The notes beneath the pieces were generated by a model. It searched no databases and was not told the origin of the DNA. It worked only from the letters and a program-made list of their open reading frames with translations. Below are positions 25,506-35,583 of a DNA stretch of 64,000 bases, piece by piece. Origin of the DNA: an uncultured Verrucomicrobiales bacterium (lineage in GTDB: Bacteria > Verrucomicrobiota > Verrucomicrobiia > JADLBR01 > JAIBCM01); assembly GCA_964435495.1 (NCBI GenBank), contig CAYSZK010000001.1, forward strand, positions 66,832 to 130,831, given 5' to 3'. The position numbers and the translations under genes are program-made. Numbering within the stretch: position 1 is the first letter of the stretch; every line of letters starts with the position of its first letter.

Positions 25506-26978
25506 ATGAGGCGGTGCGTAAGTCTGTGGCTGGCCTTGGGCGCGGCGGCGTGGGGCAACGCGGCGGAAGGCGGGCAGCCGGCGCGGCGGCCCAACGTGGT
25601 TGTGATTGTTTCCGATGACATGGGGTACGGGGATTTGCCGGGGTTTGGGGCGGACCTGGAGATTCCGATGCCGCGGATGGACCGGTTGCGGCGGGAAGGC
25701 ACGGTGCTGGCGGACGCGTATGTGTCGGGTCCGATCTGCGTGCCGTCGCGGATGGGGATTGTGACGGGGCGGCACCAGGCGCGCTGGGGGGTTTACACCA
25801 ATGTGTACGGCGGGCCGCCCTTCGAGGGCTTCCAGAAGGAGCGGACGCTGGCGGAGTATTTCAAGGAGGCGGGGTACGCGACGGCGTTGGTGGGGAAATG
25901 GCACTTGTCGGGGAACGGCGCGATCGAGAAGATGAAACCGGAACATCGTCCGGACGCAAAGGGATTTGACGAGATCACGATCATCCCCGGTGGGATGTCG
26001 GGGTTTTTCCCCGGGGCGCGGCTGTACGTTGGGGGCGGGAAGTTCACGCCGGCGCCAGAGTATTTGACCGACTATTTCGGGAAACAGGCGGCGGATTTCA
26101 TTCGGAGGCGGGAGCGGGAACCGTTCTTGCTGTATTTGGCGTTCAACGCGGTGCATGCGCCGCTGCACGCGTTGGACGCGGACATCGAAGCGTCGGGCGG
26201 GCGGGAGGGCTACGACCGGGGGCGGTATGAGCCGGAGTTGAAAGTTGCGGACCGCCAACCGAAGGCGGACCGGCGGGTGTACGCGGGGATGATGCGGGGA
26301 TTGGACCGGAACGTCGGGCGGGTGTTGGACGCCCTTGATGCGGCGGGGGTGGCGGAAAACACGGTTCTGTTTTTCATCAACGACAATGGCGGGCCCGCGC
26401 CGGACGCGGCGGCGCATTCGTACAACCAGGCGTCCAACGCCCCGTATCGCGGGCACAAATTTGATTTGCTGGAGGGAGGCGTGCGAACGCCGATGGTGGT
26501 TCGGTGGCCGGGGCGTGTGCCGGCGGGGAAGGTGTTTGCGGGGATTGCAAGCGGGATGGACATCCTGCCAACGGCGTTGGCGGCGGCGGGACTCACCGCG
26601 CCCAGTGGCACGCCGCTGGACGGGGTGGACCTGCTGCCCTTTCTCGAAGGATCGAAGAGCGGGGATGCGCATCCGTCGCTTTGCTGGCAGATTTACTTTG
26701 GGAACGAGAAGCAGACGGGACAGGCGGCGATCCGGCGCGGCAAATGGAAGCTGCACCAGAAGGCGCCGGTGAGCACGGGACCGGTTGAGGGCGGGTGGGC
26801 GCTTTACGATTTGGCGGCGGACGCCGGGGAGACGAAAGACGTAGCGAAGGAGCATCCGGAAATTGTGGCGGAACTGGCGGCGGAATGGTCGGTGTGGCGT
26901 CAGGGAATGACGGACCTTGCGAGTGCCGAAGCGGAACCTCCGCGCGCGGGCGTGGACCGGCGGAAGTCCCGCGAATAG
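25506..26978 (+). CDS. Secreted Cys-type sulfatase (arylsulfatase family)
   Basis: Signal peptide; SDDMGYGD, CVPSR (CxPxR), GKWHL and NDNGG. Confidence 0.93.
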   Translation: MRRCVSLWLALGAAAWGNAAEGGQPARRPNVVVIVSDDMGYGDLPGFGADLEIPMPRMDRLRREGTVLADAYVSGPICVPSRMGIVTGRHQARWGVYTNVYGGPPFEGFQKERTLAEYFKEAGYATALVGKWHLSGNGAIEKMKPEHRPDAKGFDEITIIPGGMSGFFPGARLYVGGGKFTPAPEYLTDYFGKQAADFIRRREREPFLLYLAFNAVHAPLHALDADIEASGGREGYDRGRYEPELKVADRQPKADRRVYAGMMRGLDRNVGRVLDALDAAGVAENTVLFFINDNGGPAPDAAAHSYNQASNAPYRGHKFDLLEGGVRTPMVVRWPGRVPAGKVFAGIASGMDILPTALAAAGLTAPSGTPLDGVDLLPFLEGSKSGDAHPSLCWQIYFGNEKQTGQAAIRRGKWKLHQKAPVSTGPVEGGWALYDLAADAGETKDVAKEHPEIVAELAAEWSVWRQGMTDLASAEAEPPRAGVDRRKSRE

Positions 26979-26995
26979 GCGGCGGCGGGCCACAA

Positions 26996-27226
26996 CCCTT
27001 GCTTGCAAGGGAGGAGTCTAACGCGTCACACCGCGAACCATCGTAATCTTCCCCGGTGGATCAAGGGTTTACGGGCGCAAAAGGGCACGATGCGGGTTGG
27101 GGACCCCAGACGCGAGTTTCGGACAAAAAGAGGGCCACGACACGAAGCGGGATCGCCCCCAGGACCGGGAGGCCCAGAGGGAACCAAAGCGACGCTGCCG
27201 GAGCGGCAAGGCGCCTTGCGCAAGGC
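26996..27226. other. Structured intergenic element bounded by two similar palindromes (candidate ncRNA or terminators)
   Basis: CCCTTGCTTGCAAGGG (26996-27011) and GCCTTGCGCAAGGC (27213-27226); internal pairings CGCGTC/GACGCG and CATCGT/ACGATG. Confidence 0.35.
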
Positions 27227-27263
27227 CGCTGGGGCGGCGGCATGAAGGGCGGCGTGAGGGGGT

Positions 27264-27644
27264 TCAGGGTTTGGGTTTGGAGTCGCCTGGGTACGGCTGG
27301 AACCGGAAGACGGTTTCGTTGGTGCGGGCGAGATTCAGGCGGTCGCGGGCCTGGCGTTCGACGTAGGCGGGATCGGATTTCAGGGCCGCGATCTGTTCCT
27401 TGAGGTGCTCATTTTCCCGCTGGGCGGCGACGATCTCGGCATGGTTGCGCGCGATCTCGCGCTCCAGCTCCCGGGATTTGTCCAGCGTCGGCACGAAAAG
27501 GAACCAAACGAAGCAGGCGATGCCGGCGAGGACGAGCAACTGGATGATGTTGACGAGGACACTCTCGAAGGCGGGCGGGCGCGAATCCCGAGGGGAGCGG
27601 TTGGGGGCTTCCCTGAGGACGCTTCGGTTCCATTGGCCCGACAT
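27264..27644 (-). CDS. ftsB: Septum formation initiator (FtsB/DivIC family)
   Basis: TM + coiled coil + DPAYVERQARDRLNL...ETVFRF. Confidence 0.85.
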   Translation of the reverse strand: MSGQWNRSVLREAPNRSPRDSRPPAFESVLVNIIQLLVLAGIACFVWFLFVPTLDKSRELEREIARNHAEIVAAQRENEHLKEQIAALKSDPAYVERQARDRLNLARTNETVFRFQPYPGDSKPKP

Positions 27645-27695
27645 GCCCCGTACCATAGCATGGAAGTGGGTTTGGGGAAACCGGGCCGGACGGGC

Positions 27696-28244
27696 TCAGG
27701 ATTTCCTGGCGCGGGGGGGGCGTTCCCCCTTTGCGGCGGATTTGTCGCGGACGGGCTTGTCGTGCCTGCCCTTGGGCTCGGCGTCGGCGTCGTGTTTCGG
27801 GACTTCGAGCACGATCTTGAGCGAGGCGTTGACATCGGGATGAAGATGGATTTCGACCTGGTGCGGGCCGGTTTCCTTGATGGGGTGCGGGAGGCGAATC
27901 CGCTTTTTGTCGATGGCCACGCCTTCCTTTGCGAGGCGTTCGAGGATGTCTTGGGACGTAACGGAGCCAAAGACCTTCTGCTGGCCTTCGCCGGCGAGCA
28001 TCTGGAACGTGAGCGTCATCTTGTTGATGCGCCCGGCGATTTCATTGGCTTCGTTGACCTCGCGGGCCTCGCGGGTGGCGCGGGCCTGTTTGAGGGCTTC
28101 GATCTGGCGTTTGTTGGTGGAGTTCGCCATCACGGCGAGGCCGCGGGGAAACAAGAAATTGCGGGCATAGCCGGGGCGGACCTTGACGACATCGGCTTCG
28201 GCGCCGAGGCCTTCGACTTTGGATTTGAGGATGATTTCGGTCAT
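27696..28244 (-). CDS. rplI: 50S ribosomal protein L9
   Basis: LGAEADVVKVRPGYARNFLFP and FGSVTSQDI. Confidence 0.97.
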   Translation of the reverse strand: MTEIILKSKVEGLGAEADVVKVRPGYARNFLFPRGLAVMANSTNKRQIEALKQARATREAREVNEANEIAGRINKMTLTFQMLAGEGQQKVFGSVTSQDILERLAKEGVAIDKKRIRLPHPIKETGPHQVEIHLHPDVNASLKIVLEVPKHDADAEPKGRHDKPVRDKSAAKGERPPRARKS

Positions 28245-28304
28245 GGAGGTAACGGATGGGCCGGCCCGAAGGGGGCGGGAGGGTTGGAGTGGGTGGGTTC
28301 CTGG

Positions 28305-28799
28305 TTAAAAGGGGATATCGTCCTCGTCCGGGGGGGGCGGATTGTCGTCGGCGGGCGGGGGCGCGGGGCGTTGGGGCCGCGGAGCGCCTCCGCCGGTCGG
28401 GCCGCCACTTGGGCCAGCGGCCTGGCCCGCGGCGGCGGGCGCGCCGCCTTCGCGGAACTCCGCGTTGCGGGGCCTCCCGAGAAATTGGACGCGCTCGGCG
28501 CGGACGCGGAGCTTGCTTTTTTTCTGGCCGTCCTTGCTTTCCCACTGGTCGAGTTGGAGGCGGCCTTCGACAAAGATGGGGGAACCTTTGGAGAGATACT
28601 GGCCGCAAGTTTCGGCCTGGCGGCCCCAGGTGACGATATCCACGTAGGTGACCTCCTCGCGTTCCTGGCCGTCCTGGGTGCGAAAAGTCAAGTTGATGGC
28701 CATGCCGAGGTCGGCGACGGCGGTTCCCTTGGGCATGTAGCGGACCTCGGGGTCGCGCGTGAGGTTGCCCATGAGAAAGACTTTGTTGAGGGAGGACAT
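28305..28799 (-). CDS. ssb: Single-stranded DNA-binding protein
   Basis: NKVFLMGNLTRDPEVRY; C-terminal DEDDIPF. Confidence 0.97.
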   Translation of the reverse strand: MSSLNKVFLMGNLTRDPEVRYMPKGTAVADLGMAINLTFRTQDGQEREEVTYVDIVTWGRQAETCGQYLSKGSPIFVEGRLQLDQWESKDGQKKSKLRVRAERVQFLGRPRNAEFREGGAPAAAGQAAGPSGGPTGGGAPRPQRPAPPPADDNPPPPDEDDIPF

Positions 28800-28814
28800 G
28801 GGGGGGAGGGGGGA

Positions 28815-29150
28815 TCAGGCGGCGGTCTCCGGCCCGCGAGCGGGTTGGCGGCGGGAGCTGCCGGTGGTCTTGACTTGGAGAAAGAAAGTGCGGAAGACGG
28901 AAGGGTTGAGGGCGAATTTCTGGTGGATTTGGTCCACGGAGGCGGGATCGGCCTCGAACCGGAAATTGACGTAGAACCCGTGATCGACCTTGCCGGCGAC
29001 GCGCTCGAAGCGGCGGCGATCAAGGCGTTGGACGCTTTCGACGCGGGCGCCGGCGGCCTTCATGTCAGCCTCGATGCGGGCGATGATTTCCTCGACCGCG
29101 GCTTCTCCGGCGCGCATGTCCAGAATGAACAGTCCTTCGTAGTTCCTCAT
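28815..29150 (-). CDS. rpsF: 30S ribosomal protein S6
   Basis: MRNYEGLFIL...GFYVNFRF; lies between pth and ssb. Confidence 0.92.
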   Translation of the reverse strand: MRNYEGLFILDMRAGEAAVEEIIARIEADMKAAGARVESVQRLDRRRFERVAGKVDHGFYVNFRFEADPASVDQIHQKFALNPSVFRTFFLQVKTTGSSRRQPARGPETAA

Positions 29151-29179
29151 AATATCCATATCTAAGGTGGCGGCCATGG

Positions 29180-29830
29180 TCATGTCAGTTCCGTGGGGTC
29201 CTTGGTTGTTTTCCCGGAAGGGGTGTGGGGCGCCACGGGGGCCGGGTCCGGGCGGTTGAACATGGCCATCGCGGAATCCAGGCCCAGGGTGCAGGCGCAG
29301 TCCACGGCTTCGGACGCGCGGTCGATGGCGGTCTCGACGAGGGGCATCTCTTCGCGCAAGAAAGCGCCGAGGACGTGTCCGGTCAGGTCCCGGCCGGGGG
29401 CGGGCGCGCCGACACCGACGCGGAGGCGGGCGAAGGCGGCGGAACGGGCGGAGCGTTCGATGGAGAGCAGGCCGTTGTGGCCGCCGGAGCTGCCGGAGGC
29501 GCGCAGGCGGAGGCGGCCAAGGGGAAGGGCGGTGTCGTCCACGACGGCGAGGAGGCTGTCGAGGCCGAGTTTGAAATAGTTGAGGAGCGGCAGGACGGCT
29601 TCGCCGCTGGCGTTCATGTAGGTGAGGGGTTTCACGAGCCACCCCCGGATGCGGGGTCCTTCGACGGAACCAAGATTGGTTTCGGCGACCGCGGCCTGGA
29701 ATTTGCGTTCGAGCCGCCACGGCGCGCCCCGGCGCGCGGCGAGGCACTCGACGACGCGGAAGCCGATATTGTGGCGGGTGTCCTCATATTGATCTCCCGG
29801 ATTGCCTAGGCCCACGACGACGGACAGCAC
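29180..29830 (-). CDS. pth: Peptidyl-tRNA hydrolase
   Basis: VGLGNPG..Y..TRHNIGF, KPLTYMNASG and GGHNGL. Confidence 0.97.
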   Translation of the reverse strand: MLSVVVGLGNPGDQYEDTRHNIGFRVVECLAARRGAPWRLERKFQAAVAETNLGSVEGPRIRGWLVKPLTYMNASGEAVLPLLNYFKLGLDSLLAVVDDTALPLGRLRLRASGSSGGHNGLLSIERSARSAAFARLRVGVGAPAPGRDLTGHVLGAFLREEMPLVETAIDRASEAVDCACTLGLDSAMAMFNRPDPAPVAPHTPSGKTTKDPTELT

Positions 29831-29843
29831 GGCGGCGCCCCGG

Positions 29844-30542
29844 TTACTTCTTCTCCTTCTTGCCTTCGGGCGCTTCCGCGGCGGCGGCGCCTTCGGCCGG
29901 TTTCTTCTCGGTAATGACTTCGGGTTGGGTGGCCGCGGCGGCGGCGGCGGCGGCGGGCTCGGGCTCGGCGGTCACGGGCGCGGCAACGGCGAAGACGACG
30001 AGGTCCCTGGAATTCAGGACCGTAACGCCGTCGGGGACGGCGATGTCGGCGACGTGGATGCTTTCCCCGATGTTGAGGGCGGAGACATCGACAACGACGC
30101 GGTCGGGCAGGTCCTTGGGAAGGCACTCGACGTGAAGTTCGCGGAGGATGTGTTCGAGCAGGCCGCCGTGGGTTTTGACGCCGACGGGTTCGCCGGTGGG
30201 GTCCACGGGGATGTGCGTCTTGAGTTTTTCGTCGGCGGCGATTTCGTGGAGGTCGATGTGCAGGATTCTGCCGGAGACCGGATCGTGTTGAACGTCCTGG
30301 ACGAGGGCGAGGCGCTTTTCGATTTTGCCGGAAGCATCGACTTCGAGGTCAACGAGGATGTTTTCGCCGGCGCCATGGTGAAAGAGGCGGTCGAGTTCGC
30401 GGGCGGAGAGTTCGAGATCGGCGGCGGTGGTGCGTTTGCCGTAGAGGACGGCGGGGACGCGTCCGGCGGCCCGGAGGCGGCGGACGGGTCCGCCACCTTT
30501 CGCCGTTCTGGGGTTGGCTTTGAGCAGTACTGATTTGGCCAT
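29844..30542 (-). CDS. rplY: 50S ribosomal protein L25 / Ctc
   Basis: RRLRAAGRVPAVLYG, VQHDPV..ILHID and CLPKDLPD. Confidence 0.95.
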   Translation of the reverse strand: MAKSVLLKANPRTAKGGGPVRRLRAAGRVPAVLYGKRTTAADLELSARELDRLFHHGAGENILVDLEVDASGKIEKRLALVQDVQHDPVSGRILHIDLHEIAADEKLKTHIPVDPTGEPVGVKTHGGLLEHILRELHVECLPKDLPDRVVVDVSALNIGESIHVADIAVPDGVTVLNSRDLVVFAVAAPVTAEPEPAAAAAAAATQPEVITEKKPAEGAAAAEAPEGKKEKK

Positions 30543-30793
30543 GTCTGGGGTCCGTTGCAGAGGTTCAAAAAATCCGCGGAAGACTTGCGCCCTTCGCGGA
30601 AACGGGCATACAAGCACCCGCGGGGAAAACGTCAACGGAAAAAACCGGAAAAATGCGGGCGCGGTGGATGGGGCCGGAAAGATGGGGTGGACGGGACGGT
30701 GGAAGGTTGGGGCGGCTTTCGGATTCCTCAATCATCCGCCGGGGATGGATTGGTTGGCAAGAGAGTATTGGGGGAGGGGCGGCGTGGGCGGGG

Positions 30794-32515
30794 TCAGTCG
30801 GTTTCGGCGAGGGTTTCATCGGCCTGGGTGACGCGGACGACTTCTTCGACGGTGGTTTCGCCTTTGAGGACGCGGCGCCAGCCGTCGGTGCGGAGGGTGC
30901 GCATGCCGGCGTTGATGGCGGCGGTTTTGATGGCGCTGGCGGGCTGGCGTCCGACGATGGCGATGCGGAGGGGGTCGTTAATGACGCAGAACTCGAAGAT
31001 GGCCTGGCGGCCCTGGTAGCCGGAGTTGCGGCATTGGTCGCAGCCGCGGCCGCGGCGGAAGCGCGGGCGGATGACGGCGGGGAATCCGATTTCGCGGAGG
31101 TATTCCGGGCGGTATTCGGCGTCTTCGGCGCAGGCGGGGCAGACGCGGCGGACGAGGCGCTGGGCGACGAAGACGCGGACAACAGAGGCGAGGAGGAAGG
31201 GTTCGACGCCCATGTCGAGGAGGCGCGTGATGCCGGAGACGGCATCGTTGGTATGGAGGGTGGAGAAGACGAGGTGGCCGGTCATGGCGGCGCGGATGGC
31301 GATTTCGGCGGTTTCGAAGTCGCGGATTTCGCCGACCATGATGACATTGGGGTCCTGGCGGAGGATGGAACGGAGGGCGGAGGCGAAGGTGAGGTCGATG
31401 TCGGGTTTGACGTCGATCTGCATGACGCCGGGGAGGCGGTATTCGACGGGTTCCTCGACGGTGATGATGCGGCGTTCGACGGAGTTGATGGAGCTGAGGC
31501 AGGAGTAGAGAGTGGTGGACTTGCCGCAGCCGGTGGGGCCGGTGACGAGGACGATGCCGTTGGGCTGGGCGAGGAGGGTGCGGACGAGGGTTTCGTCCTC
31601 GGGGGAGAGATCGAGGCGTTTGAGGTCGAAGCGCTGTTCTTCGGAGCGGTTGAGGAGGCGGAGGCTGATGCTTTCGCCGCAGACGGTCGGGATGGTGGAG
31701 ACGCGGACGTCGATGGGGCCGGTGGAGGACATCAGGGGGATGCGCCCGTCCTGGGGGAGGCGGCGTTCGGCGATGTCCATTTTGGCCATGACCTTGAGGC
31801 GGGTGATGATGGCGGCCTGGAGGACGCGGAGCTGGGGTGGGACGGCGACTTCGTGGAGGATGCCGTCGAGGCGGTAGCGGATGCGGATGTCGTTTTCGAG
31901 AGGTTCGATGTGGATGTCGGTGGCGTGTTCCTCGATGGCCTCGCGGATGACCTGGTTGACGAACTTGATGACGGAGGCCTCGGGGTTGTCGGCGTCGAGG
32001 TCGGTGGCGTCTTCGGCGCCCTCGAAATCCTCGAAGCCGGAGGCGGTTTTGAGGATTTCCTCGAAGGTTTCGGCGCCGACGCCGTAGAGCGTTTTGATGG
32101 CGCGGAGGATTTGGGAGCGTGGGGCGACGACCCAGTGGACGGGGCGGCCGGCGGCGTGGCGGACGCAGTGGATGGCGGCGGCATTGAGGGGATCGAAGCA
32201 GGCGACAGTGAGGGAGGTGGCGGAGGCGGTGAGCGGGAGGACGCCGAAGAGGAAGACGGTGCGGGATGGGATGAGGGCCATGGCGCCGCGTTCGACCTTT
32301 TGGTGGTCGATAGGCTGGAACGGCATGGCGAGGAAGGCGGCGAGGGATTCCAGGAACCTGGCTTCGTCCACCTGTCCGGAATTGAGGACTTCGTTGACCC
32401 AGGAGACGCCCGGTGCGCGGAGGGCGAGGAGGGCGCGGGCGGATTCCGGGGAGGGGCAACCGGCGCTGGTGAGGACGCCGGCGAGTGGGGCGAGGCGGTC
32501 GGCTTCGGTTTTCAT
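30794..32515 (-). CDS. gspE: Type II secretion / type IV pilus ATPase (GspE/PilB family)
   Basis: TDIHIEP, DIAERRLPQDG, TGPTGCGKSTT, LRQDPNVIMVGEIRD and STLHTND. Confidence 0.93.
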   Translation of the reverse strand: MKTEADRLAPLAGVLTSAGCPSPESARALLALRAPGVSWVNEVLNSGQVDEARFLESLAAFLAMPFQPIDHQKVERGAMALIPSRTVFLFGVLPLTASATSLTVACFDPLNAAAIHCVRHAAGRPVHWVVAPRSQILRAIKTLYGVGAETFEEILKTASGFEDFEGAEDATDLDADNPEASVIKFVNQVIREAIEEHATDIHIEPLENDIRIRYRLDGILHEVAVPPQLRVLQAAIITRLKVMAKMDIAERRLPQDGRIPLMSSTGPIDVRVSTIPTVCGESISLRLLNRSEEQRFDLKRLDLSPEDETLVRTLLAQPNGIVLVTGPTGCGKSTTLYSCLSSINSVERRIITVEEPVEYRLPGVMQIDVKPDIDLTFASALRSILRQDPNVIMVGEIRDFETAEIAIRAAMTGHLVFSTLHTNDAVSGITRLLDMGVEPFLLASVVRVFVAQRLVRRVCPACAEDAEYRPEYLREIGFPAVIRPRFRRGRGCDQCRNSGYQGRQAIFEFCVINDPLRIAIVGRQPASAIKTAAINAGMRTLRTDGWRRVLKGETTVEEVVRVTQADETLAETD

Positions 32516-32528
32516 GAGCGTGGGGCGC

Positions 32529-34814
32529 TCACTGGTTTGGGAGCGGGTCGGCGGCCTGGCTGGCGGGGACCGCGGGCCGTTTGGGGCCGGGATCATTGCG
32601 TCTGGCGCGGATGAGGTCCTCTTCCATATTGGGGTCGAGGCGGTAGCCCTTTTGTTCGACGGACCGTTCCGCGGCGAGGCGATCCACATGCTCGATGATG
32701 CGGGGGCGGAGCATGATGATGAGCTCGGTGCGGGTGCGGTTCATGGCGGTGTTGCGGAAGAGCGAGCCGAGGAGCGGGATGCGCTGGATGAGGGGGACGC
32801 CGGCCATGGAATGGTCGCGGCTTTGGGTGATGAGGCCGCCGAGGAAGATGGTGGACTGGTCGGGGACGGTGAACTCGTTCTTGAGGTAGCGGGTGGCGAT
32901 GTTGGGGACCTGGTTGCCGCCGACGAGGGTGAAACCGGCGACGGAATCGAGTTTCTGGACGAGCTGGATTTGGACATTGCGGTCGGGGTTGACGCGGGGG
33001 ACCACTTCGAGGCTGAGGGTGACCTCCTTGAACTCGACGGAGGAACTGGTGACGGGGTTGCCTGCGTCAATGGAAGTGAGCGTGTCGGTTGGGACGGCGA
33101 TTTCCTGGCCGGAGGCGATCACGGCGGTCTTGTTGTTTTCCGTGAAGACAGTGGGGCGGGAGATCGTGCGGAAGTTGCCGGTGGTTTCGAGGGCGCGGAT
33201 GACGCTGGCGGCGGTGTTGCCGAAGGTGATGAAGCCGGTGAGTCCGGAGGCGGAGACGGCGTTTGTGGCGACGAGGTTGATGATATCCTCGAAGAAATTC
33301 CGCTGGATGCTGGGGCCGCCGGTATTGCGCAGGGTGCCGGCGTACTGCGCGTCGCCGCCCTGGAGGCGGGAGGCCAGCCAGTCGAAGCCGAATTCGTCGT
33401 CCTCGTTCATGGTGAGCTCGCCGATGACGGTGTTGATGACCACCTGCGGGACGGGGACATCGAGTTCGTCGAGCATGCGGAGGACTTTGTCCTTGGCGTC
33501 CTGGTTGCCGATGACCACGATGGTATCGGAGCGGTTGTCGGCGATCAGGCGTGTGGCGCCGATGGTGACGGCGGCGGGGGTGGTATCGACGGGGTCGGTG
33601 GAAAGCTCGGTGTCAAAGGAGACGCCCGTGCCGGAGGCCGAGCCTGTGGAACCGCCTGAGGAGGTGGTGCGGTTTGCGGTGGTCTGGCCTGGGGTGGCGC
33701 CGCCGCCGCCGGCGCTTTCGGTGGCTTCGATGCCGCCCTTTTCGCTGAGCATCTGGACCAGGATGGGGAGGACCTGGCCGGCGCGAAGGTAGCGGAGGGG
33801 CCGGACGGTGGGTTCGGAAAACTCGACGTTGGCGTCGAGCTGCTGGATGAGTTTGCGGAGGAAGGGCATGTTAACGGGGCGGGAGACGATGTGGATGCGG
33901 TTGGTGCGTTCATCGGCCATGAGGCGGACCTTGCCGACGAGGATGGAATCCTCGGAGAGAGGGCGTGGGCCTTCCTGGGCGGCGGGCTGGCCCTGGGGCT
34001 GGTTGCCGGCGCCGAGGAGCAGCGCGTTGGGGTCGGAGGGGTCGGCGCGGTTGGGGGGAGGGGCGCCGCGGTTGGCGGCGGGGGTGGTGGCGGTTTGGCC
34101 TTCGATGCGGAGGAATTCGTTAAGGAACTCGACGATCTTGGTGGCGTCGGCGCGCTCGAGCTGGATGATTTCGGGAACGACTTCGGCCGGCGGGGTATCC
34201 ACGGTGCGCACGAGTTCGACGAGGCGGCGGATGACCGAGGTGCTTTCGGTGATCAGGACGGACTGGGCTTTGGGCAGGGGGACGATGGAGGTGCGCGGGG
34301 TTTGGCCGACGTACTGGCTGAGGACTTGGGCGATTTCCTGGGGATCGGCGTAGCCGAGGCGATAGAGGAAACTGACCACCTGTTCGCCAGGGGGGATTTG
34401 GGAGACGTGGGAGATGATGGGCACCCCTTCGGAGCGGGCGCTTTTCTGGGGGCTGAGGACCTTGACGGTAAGCTCGTCGAAGGGGACGATGGTGAATCCG
34501 TGAAGGAGGAGGCCCATTTCCACGAGCGTCACCGCGTCGGCGCGGGGCACGGGATCGTTGATGTTGATGGTGACGGGGCCTTGGACGGTGTTGTCATAGA
34601 CGACCCGCTTGCCGGTGAGCGTCTGATAGAAGTCAAGGACCGCGCGGACGTCGGTGGCGGGGAATTGGACCATGACCGTTTCGCCGAAGGCGTCATTGGC
34701 GCCATTGGCGCCATTGGCGGCGGGGGGCAGCGGGGGTGCGGAAACGCTGGGGGCATCCTGGCCGGGCGCGGGGAGCGCGGCGGCGAGGAGCAGGAGGGGG
34801 AGAATCCAGTTCAT
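32529..34814 (-). CDS. gspD: Type II secretion secretin
   Basis: Signal peptide; N0/N domains; QVVINTVIGE, SGQEIAV and GVPLIQRIPLLGSLF. Confidence 0.9.
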   Translation of the reverse strand: MNWILPLLLLAAALPAPGQDAPSVSAPPLPPAANGANGANDAFGETVMVQFPATDVRAVLDFYQTLTGKRVVYDNTVQGPVTININDPVPRADAVTLVEMGLLLHGFTIVPFDELTVKVLSPQKSARSEGVPIISHVSQIPPGEQVVSFLYRLGYADPQEIAQVLSQYVGQTPRTSIVPLPKAQSVLITESTSVIRRLVELVRTVDTPPAEVVPEIIQLERADATKIVEFLNEFLRIEGQTATTPAANRGAPPPNRADPSDPNALLLGAGNQPQGQPAAQEGPRPLSEDSILVGKVRLMADERTNRIHIVSRPVNMPFLRKLIQQLDANVEFSEPTVRPLRYLRAGQVLPILVQMLSEKGGIEATESAGGGGATPGQTTANRTTSSGGSTGSASGTGVSFDTELSTDPVDTTPAAVTIGATRLIADNRSDTIVVIGNQDAKDKVLRMLDELDVPVPQVVINTVIGELTMNEDDEFGFDWLASRLQGGDAQYAGTLRNTGGPSIQRNFFEDIINLVATNAVSASGLTGFITFGNTAASVIRALETTGNFRTISRPTVFTENNKTAVIASGQEIAVPTDTLTSIDAGNPVTSSSVEFKEVTLSLEVVPRVNPDRNVQIQLVQKLDSVAGFTLVGGNQVPNIATRYLKNEFTVPDQSTIFLGGLITQSRDHSMAGVPLIQRIPLLGSLFRNTAMNRTRTELIIMLRPRIIEHVDRLAAERSVEQKGYRLDPNMEEDLIRARRNDPGPKRPAVPASQAADPLPNQ

Positions 34815-34827
34815 GGGAGGGGGCCGG

Positions 34828-35502
34828 TTAGAAGTTGGCGGTGCGATCCAGCAGCCCGCACCAGGAGTGGTAAGGATAGAGCTTGATGAACTGGTTGGAG
34901 GGGAGAATGACCAGGCGCTGGAGCGTGTTGATCCATTCGTGGCGGGAGGAAATCTTCAGGGTGAGGAAGGCGATGTAGGTCTCGCCTTCTTTGGGAACGC
35001 CGATCCAGCCCTGGCGGACAAATTCGTTGCCGGGGGCGTGGGGCAGGGCGGACCAGCCGCGGCCAGGGTCATTGGCGTTGAGGAGGCGCCAGACCTGGCC
35101 GTTGTTGAGAAACGCGCCGTCGGTCCTGCGGTAATGGATTTCGCGGATGCCGATGGATTTCCGGTTGAGGGGGTCGAGGCCGAAGAACGCGGAGACGAGA
35201 ATGCCGTGGTTTTCGAAATGGCGGGCGCGGCCATAGGGGGAGTCGCCGAGTTCGCGCAGGTAGAGGAAGCGGTCGAAGAGCGCGGCGGCGAAGCCGAGGC
35301 GTTCGTCACCGCGGCGATTGGGGAGCCTGTCCTCGATCCACGCCACTTCGCGGCGGAGTTCGCGGGACTTGTTCAGGGCGTCATCGCCGCCGGGATCGAT
35401 GACGGGACCGTAGCGGTGCTTGGCCTGGTCCTCGTCTTCGCCGATTCTGGCGAGGGCGGGCATGGCGGCGGCTAAGGATAATAGGACGACCCAAAAACGC
35501 AC
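34828..35502 (-). CDS. Secreted hypothetical protein
   Basis: GTG start; signal peptide ending ALA-RIGE; co-oriented 14 bp upstream of gspD. Confidence 0.6.
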   Translation of the reverse strand: MRFWVVLLSLAAAMPALARIGEDEDQAKHRYGPVIDPGGDDALNKSRELRREVAWIEDRLPNRRGDERLGFAAALFDRFLYLRELGDSPYGRARHFENHGILVSAFFGLDPLNRKSIGIREIHYRRTDGAFLNNGQVWRLLNANDPGRGWSALPHAPGNEFVRQGWIGVPKEGETYIAFLTLKISSRHEWINTLQRLVILPSNQFIKLYPYHSWCGLLDRTANF

Positions 35503-35583
35503 AAGGTAACGTTAGCGGGGTTGGGCGTGGAGGCGAGGGGAAACTTTACGCGGGGGCCGGTGCGGCGGCGGGCCGGATTTGCC

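Noticed and set aside
27696-29150. rpsR missing between ssb and rplI
   Set aside because: As I recall, rpsF-ssb-rplI without rpsR is common in PVC genomes, so it is not novel
29930-29960. GCG trinucleotide run; also GCCATTGGC repeat near 34700
   Set aside because: Encode poly-Ala and ANG linkers; not arrays or contingency loci
30543-30793. Possible tRNA or promoter upstream of rplY
   Set aside because: No cloverleaf or T-loop; TTGACG is present on the minus strand but without a convincing -10 at 17 bp; only a small hairpin at 30729-30752
30653-32614. Long plus-strand acidic ORFs opposite real genes (also 38242-40671, 55909-58341, 21228-23384)
   Set aside because: Reverse-frame shadows of well-supported minus-strand genes, caused by codon bias
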